64,000 nt of DNA, taken from positions 1,024,001 to 1,088,000 of the forward strand of contig OZ242220.1 in the NCBI GenBank assembly GCA_965206745.1. Reading direction: 5' to 3'. Each line of letters starts with the position of its first letter. Positions within the stretch are counted from its first letter, which is position 1. The notes below the pieces were generated by a model. That model searched no databases. It was not told the DNA's origin and worked only from the letters and a program-made list of their open reading frames with translations. This DNA comes from Nitrosopumilus sp. GTDB taxonomy: Archaea > Thermoproteota > Nitrososphaeria > Nitrososphaerales > Nitrosopumilaceae. A program made the translations under genes and the position numbers. Shown here piece after piece: positions 58,822-64,000 of the stretch.

Positions 58822-61380
58822 ATGCAAGTCAATTTACCTGAAACTGAAAAGATTGAATCGATGCCACCGTCAATGCTTGTGTCAGCAACATATGATAACA
58901 TCTCAAGATCAGCAGTGCTAAAGTTCTATGAGCCAGAATCTAAAAAGCTGTTCTTGTGGAAGGATGAAACAGGTCACAAGCCATACTGTTATTCACGATT
59001 GTCAACTGATGAGCTGGACTTTCTTCAAGACAGAGACGATATTTTAGAGATTAAGACTGTTCAGAGATATGACTTGATCAAAGATGCAAAGATCAACATG
59101 TCAAAGATTACAGTTGCAGACCCACTTACCATTGGGGGCACTATGGGGGAGAAAAGCATCAGAAATGTGATTGAAACATGGGAATCAGACATCAAATACT
59201 ATGAAAATTATTTGTACGATAGGCAGATAATTGTTGGAAAATATTATGAGATTTCAGAAGGCAAAATAAAACCTCATGATCTGTCAATATCAGACGAGGT
59301 CAAACTTGCATTGAAGAGTCTGTTGTGGGATAAAGTAGACAGTGAAAGCATGGTGGATGCTGAAGAATTTAAAAGCTATATTTCAGAATGGGCAGATTTG
59401 TTAAATCAGCCAATTCCAAAGATGAAGAGACTCAGTGTGGATATCGAGGTTGAGGCAGAGATAGGAAGGATACCAGACCCAAAACTTGCAGAAAAAAAGG
59501 TTACTGCCATAGGCCTGAAAGGTTCAGACGGATTTGATCAGATCTTCGTGCTCAAAACAGAAGGAACAGAGCAAGGAACAAACGAATTAGACCCAAGCAT
59601 CAAAATCACGTTTTATGAATTAGATAAGGAAAAAGATATGATTCAAGACGCATTTAAAATAATCAAGACGTTTCCATTTGTGCTGACGTACAACGGCGAT
59701 GAGTTTGATTTACCATATCTGTACAACAGAGCAAAGAGATTCGAAATAAAAAATGCAGAGAATCCACTATACATGATGAGAGACTCTGCAACTCTCAAAG
59801 AAGGAGTTCACATAGATCTGTACAAGGTTCTTTCAAATAGATCATTTCAGATTTATGCTTTCAGCCAAGCATATACAGATTTTTCTTTAAACAGCGTTTC
59901 CAAGGCATTGCTAGGAAAAGAGAAGATAGATTACGGATTAAAGTTTGATGAACTATCGCTTTATCAGACTGCAAACTACTGCTACAATGACGCACTGCTG
60001 ACATACGAGCTTACCAGTTTTAACAAAGATCTGATGATGAACCTGCTTGTAATCATTGCAAGAATTGGAAGAATGCCAATTGACGATATTGCGAGGATGG
60101 GAGTCTCGCAATGGATTAGGAGTTTGCTATATTACGAGCACCGACGAAGAGACTGTCTCATTCCAAAACGCGAAGAACTGCAGAGAAGATCAGAGGGAGT
60201 AATGTCAAATGCGGTGATCAAAGATAAAAAGTATAGGGGCGGTCTGGTTGTAGAACCCAAAGAAGGGATTCATTTTGATGTAATAGTAATGGATTTTGCA
60301 AGCCTGTACCCAAGCATTATCAAAGTTCGAAACTTGTCATATGAAACAGTAAGATGTGCCCATGAGGAATGCAAAAAAAACACAATTCCAGGAACTAATC
60401 ATTGGGCATGCACAAAGAAAAATGGCCTAACCTCGATGATTATCGGCTCTTTGCGAGATTTGAGAGTAAACTACTACAAGAGCCTATCAAAGAAGGAGAC
60501 ACTGACTGAGGATCAAAGGCAGCAGTATACAGTGGTCAGCCAAGCACTCAAGGTGATTCTAAATGCCAGCTATGGCGTAATGGGCGCTGAGATATTTCCA
60601 CTGTATTTCCTGCCAGTAGCAGAGGCGACAACTGCAATTGGCAGACATACAATTTTGGAGACAATAAAAAAATGCGAAGAGACAGGCATCGAGGTTCTTT
60701 ATGGGGATACAGATTCATTGTTTATCAAAAACCCAACCAAAGAACAGATCCAAATCGTAATTGACCAGGCAAAAAAAGATCACGGGGTAGATTTGGAAGT
60801 CGACAAGGCGTACAGATACTGCGTGCTAAGCAATAGAAAGAAAAACTATCTTGGAGTGACAAAATCAGGCAAGGTGGACGTTAAAGGATTAACGGGGAAA
60901 AAATCACATACACCGGCATTTATCAAAAATCTGTTTTATGAGCTAGTGGACATACTATCCAAAGTTCAGACCATGGATGACTTTGTCAAAGCAAAGCAAG
61001 ACATTGCAGAAAAAATTTCAATCTGTGGAAAAAAAGTTCAGGCCAAAGAAATCCCACTGAAGGATTTGACATTCAATGTGATGCTCAGCAAGGCCCCTTC
61101 AGAATATGTAAAAACAATCCCCCAGCACATCAGGGCAGCAAAACAACTAGAATCAATCAGAGAAATAAAAAAAGGAGACAGGATTTCATTTATCAAAATT
61201 TTGAACAGACCAGGTGTAAAACCTGTAGAGTTGGCAAAAAAAGAAGAGATCGACTCTAAAAAATACATGGAGTTTATGGAATCGACATTAGAGCAGATAA
61301 CATCATCGATGGATTTGGATTTTGACACAATGCTGGGAAAACCAAAACAAACGGGATTAGATGAATTCTTTTGGAGCTAG
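58822..61380 (+). CDS. polB: family B DNA polymerase (PolB1)
   Basis: DIEV, YNGDEFD, DFASLYPSII, K...NASYG, YGDTDS; C-terminal PIP box QTGLDEFF. Confidence 0.97.
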   Translation: MQVNLPETEKIESMPPSMLVSATYDNISRSAVLKFYEPESKKLFLWKDETGHKPYCYSRLSTDELDFLQDRDDILEIKTVQRYDLIKDAKINMSKITVADPLTIGGTMGEKSIRNVIETWESDIKYYENYLYDRQIIVGKYYEISEGKIKPHDLSISDEVKLALKSLLWDKVDSESMVDAEEFKSYISEWADLLNQPIPKMKRLSVDIEVEAEIGRIPDPKLAEKKVTAIGLKGSDGFDQIFVLKTEGTEQGTNELDPSIKITFYELDKEKDMIQDAFKIIKTFPFVLTYNGDEFDLPYLYNRAKRFEIKNAENPLYMMRDSATLKEGVHIDLYKVLSNRSFQIYAFSQAYTDFSLNSVSKALLGKEKIDYGLKFDELSLYQTANYCYNDALLTYELTSFNKDLMMNLLVIIARIGRMPIDDIARMGVSQWIRSLLYYEHRRRDCLIPKREELQRRSEGVMSNAVIKDKKYRGGLVVEPKEGIHFDVIVMDFASLYPSIIKVRNLSYETVRCAHEECKKNTIPGTNHWACTKKNGLTSMIIGSLRDLRVNYYKSLSKKETLTEDQRQQYTVVSQALKVILNASYGVMGAEIFPLYFLPVAEATTAIGRHTILETIKKCEETGIEVLYGDTDSLFIKNPTKEQIQIVIDQAKKDHGVDLEVDKAYRYCVLSNRKKNYLGVTKSGKVDVKGLTGKKSHTPAFIKNLFYELVDILSKVQTMDDFVKAKQDIAEKISICGKKVQAKEIPLKDLTFNVMLSKAPSEYVKTIPQHIRAAKQLESIREIKKGDRISFIKILNRPGVKPVELAKKEEIDSKKYMEFMESTLEQITSSMDLDFDTMLGKPKQTGLDEFFWS

Positions 61381-61383
61381 GAC

Positions 61384-61674
61384 ATGGAGGTTGATGCGAC
61401 CCTATTAACGATATTGGGCGTTACTGCAGGAGTCCTAATTCTTACGGGATGGATCGAGCAGATTTACAAAGGATACAAATCAAAAAGCCTCAAAGATGTT
61501 TCAAAGTTTTTGATGATCTTCATCTCTGCAGGTGCAATATTGTGGCTAATTTACGGATTCATAGTATTAGACGTATTCATCATAGGCACAAACATTGCAG
61601 CTATTGTCCTAATGATGATCGTGCTGGGAATGAAGACGAGGTATGACAAACAATCAAAAGTTGCCAAGATTTAA
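61384..61674 (+). CDS. SemiSWEET / PQ-loop family transporter
   Basis: Three transmembrane helices; Q..K....KS..DVS, LWLIYG, N in TM3. Confidence 0.8.
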   Translation: MEVDATLLTILGVTAGVLILTGWIEQIYKGYKSKSLKDVSKFLMIFISAGAILWLIYGFIVLDVFIIGTNIAAIVLMMIVLGMKTRYDKQSKVAKI

Positions 61675-61712
61675 TCAAGGATTAAATACAATATAGAAAA
61701 ATTCAAAGAAAG

Positions 61713-62369
61713 ATGTTTGTCATTAACTGTAAAAACTATGAAGAGATTGCAGGAGACAAAATCATCAAATTTGTAAAAACAGCAGAGAAAATTTCAAAAA
61801 AATATAAAATAAAGATCGCAATATCACCGCCACAGCACCTCATAGGAGTAGTTGCAAGCAGTACAATTCCAATTTTGGCCCAACACGTAGATGATTCCAA
61901 AGTGGGCAGCACGACAGGCTTTGTAATTCCGGAATTGCTGAAAAAATCCAAAGTCAATGGATCATTGATCAATCATAGCGAGCACAGAATCCCAAGCAAA
62001 GAGATTGAAAAACTAGTCTCAAAGTTAAAACAGCTAAAGATGACATCCATCCTATGCGTCAAAGATGTCGCAGAGGTTAGAAAATACGCAAAACTCAATC
62101 CGGATTACATTGCAATTGAGCCCCCGGAATTAATCGGATCAGGGAAAGCAGTATCTACAGAAAAACCAGAATTGATTGCAAAGGCAGCAGATGCATTAAA
62201 GAGTGCAAAAAACAACACCAAGCTACTTTGTGGCGCAGGAATTGTTTCAGGAGAAGATGTTTCAAAGGCAATAGAGTTAGGATCAAAAGGAATCCTAGTC
62301 GCCAGTGGAATCATCAAGGCAAAGGACTGGAACAGAATAATGACTGATTTTGCCAAATCAATGGTTTAA
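61713..62369 (+). CDS. tpiA: triosephosphate isomerase (archaeal type)
   Basis: NCKNY, AQH, NHSEH, EPPELIGSG, CGAGI. Confidence 0.95.
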   Translation: MFVINCKNYEEIAGDKIIKFVKTAEKISKKYKIKIAISPPQHLIGVVASSTIPILAQHVDDSKVGSTTGFVIPELLKKSKVNGSLINHSEHRIPSKEIEKLVSKLKQLKMTSILCVKDVAEVRKYAKLNPDYIAIEPPELIGSGKAVSTEKPELIAKAADALKSAKNNTKLLCGAGIVSGEDVSKAIELGSKGILVASGIIKAKDWNRIMTDFAKSMV

Positions 62370-62402
62370 TACCCCCTTTCTAAGATTGCTTAATCGTAAA
62401 AA

Positions 62403-64000
62403 ATGAAACAAGTTTACTTTTACGATGAAGGAGACGGTAAAAATAAGAAGCTTCTGGGAGGAAAAGGAGCAGGTCTGTGCGAAATGACCAGATTAAAACT
62501 GCCAGTTCCACCCGGATTTACGATTACAACTGAGGTTTGTAGAAAATACTATGAAAATAACAAAAAACTGCCAAATACCCTCATGGCAGAGGTAAAAAGA
62601 AACATTGCAAGGATAGAGAGAAAGACAGGCAAAGAGTGGAATTCTAAATCAAACCCGTTGCTAGTATCAGTCAGATCTGGTGCGGCAGTTTCGATGCCAG
62701 GAATGATGGATACGATTCTAAATTTGGGATTAAACGATGAGACGGTTCTAGGATTGGCAGAAAAGAGCAGTAATCCAAGATTTGCTTGGGATTCTTACAG
62801 AAGGTTTGTGCAGTTGTTTGGAAAGGTAGTATTTGGCGTAGATGATAAAAAATTTGATGAGGTCTTAGAAGCAGCAAAGAGAAAGCAAAATGTCAAAGAA
62901 GACAGCGAACTAAATGAAGAATCACTAAGAGAGACAGTATCCCAATACAAGCAGATATGTGATAGTCACACAGGAAGAAAATTCCCAACAGGCCCTACTG
63001 AACAAGTGGAACTTGCAATCAAGGCAGTGTTTGGCAGCTGGATGGGAGAGAGGGCAATTGTATACAGAGAGAGAAACAACATTACAAAAAACATCGCAGA
63101 TGGAACAGCAGTAAATATCGTATCGATGGCGTTTGGAAACATGGGAGATGACTGTGCCACAGGCGTCGTGTTTACAAGAAACCCAGGGGACGGAACGCGA
63201 AAGATTTACGGTGAATACCTAATTAACGCGCAAGGAGAAGACGTAGTAGCTGGCGTACGAACAGGAAAGCAGGTAGATGAGATGAAAAAAGATTTGCCAG
63301 AATCATACAAACAGCTAGCAAAAACATGTGAAAGATTAGAAAAACACTACAAAGAACCGCAAGATATCGAGTTTACAATTGAACAAGGAAGATTCTACCT
63401 GCTACAGACAAGAAATGCAAAGATGAATGCAGTGGGAATGGTAAAAACGTCAATTGACATGGTTAAAGAAAGATTAATTGGTAGAAACAAAGCAATTACA
63501 AGACTGCAAGCAGAACAGCTAGAGCAACTACTGCACAGAAGAATGGATCCTGAACAGGTTAAAAATTACACGTTGCTAGCCAAAGGCATAGCCGCATCGC
63601 CGGGGGCAGCAAGTGGGATTGCAGTATTGGATGTCAAGAGGGCAACTGCAATGGGAGAAAACGGCGCCAAAGTGATTCTAATCAGAGAAGAGACAAAGCC
63701 CGAAGACGTCCCTGCATTCTTTGAATCAGTAGGAATTCTAACTAGCAGAGGTGGAAAAACATCGCATGCAGCAGTAGTTGCAAGGGGCATGGGCAAACCG
63801 TGTATCGTGGGATGCTCTAATCTGAAGATTGATCTAGATAACAAGCAATGCAGTGTGGATGGCAAAACAATCCACGAAGGAGACGCAATCACAATTGACG
63901 GCAGTTCAGGAATGGTGTACATTGGAGACATTCCAACCATAGAGCCAAAAGTAAATTCAGACTTTAAACAAATTCTAGAATGGTCACAAAAAGCAAAGAA
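62403..64000 (+). CDS. ppdK: pyruvate phosphate dikinase (3'-truncated by window edge)
   Basis: Manual translation MKQVYFYDEG...LLGGKGAGL.EM...PVPPGFTITT, LLVSVRSGA..SMPGMMDT, GEDVVAG, GGKTSHAAVVARG; absent from the ORF track because no stop lies in the window. Confidence 0.95.
   Translation, partial: MKQVYFYDEGDGKNKKLLGGKGAGLCEMTRLKLPVPPGFTITTEVCRKYYENNKKLPNTLMAEVKRNIARIERKTGKEWNSKSNPLLVSVRSGAAVSMPGMMDTILNLGLNDETVLGLAEKSSNPRFAWDSYRRFVQLFGKVVFGVDDKKFDEVLEAAKRKQNVKEDSELNEESLRETVSQYKQICDSHTGRKFPTGPTEQVELAIKAVFGSWMGERAIVYRERNNITKNIADGTAVNIVSMAFGNMGDDCATGVVFTRNPGDGTRKIYGEYLINAQGEDVVAGVRTGKQVDEMKKDLPESYKQLAKTCERLEKHYKEPQDIEFTIEQGRFYLLQTRNAKMNAVGMVKTSIDMVKERLIGRNKAITRLQAEQLEQLLHRRMDPEQVKNYTLLAKGIAASPGAASGIAVLDVKRATAMGENGAKVILIREETKPEDVPAFFESVGILTSRGGKTSHAAVVARGMGKPCIVGCSNLKIDLDNKQCSVDGKTIHEGDAITIDGSSGMVYIGDIPTIEPKVNSDFKQILEWSQKAK

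Noticed and set aside
62671-63940. Short minus-strand ORFs at the right end
   Set aside because: Antisense to the continuous ppdK reading frame

Overview
Archaeal chromosomal window from an ammonia-oxidising thaumarchaeon (Nitrosopumilus-like, Nitrosopumilaceae), judged from the SlaA-type S-layer protein, archaeal/eukaryote-type ribosomal proteins S25e and S26e, Rpo6, Alba, archaeal ThrS and PolB. The left ~31 kb is accessory and surface-related. It holds small Zn-binding and orphan ORFs, a matrixin protease, and the 1721-aa S-layer gene bracketed by decayed IS5-, IS481- and IS630-like remnants and a 16-bp tandem repeat. It also holds a 2804-aa HYR/cadherin-like repeat adhesin with a higher-order mosaic repeat array, a DUF1998 (MrfA/Hrq1-like) helicase divergent from a PD-(D/E)XK nuclease, an orphan ZnuA-like binding protein and a Met-rich secreted protein. 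Two intergenic segments (1882-1964 and 29432-29564) can fold into elaborate RNA structures, the second with a possible 8-bp kissing loop. The right ~33 kb is mostly core genome: trpEGDCBA (no trpF), pyrG, NAD-kinase-HTH, rps26e, speB, thrS, a DHS-like gene, rps25e, rpoK, alba, menA-like, parvulin, Hef-like helicase, dCMP deaminase, polB, SemiSWEET-like, tpiA and a truncated ppdK. No rRNA, tRNA or CRISPR array was seen. All calls come from reading the sequence by eye; no searches or folding programs were run.
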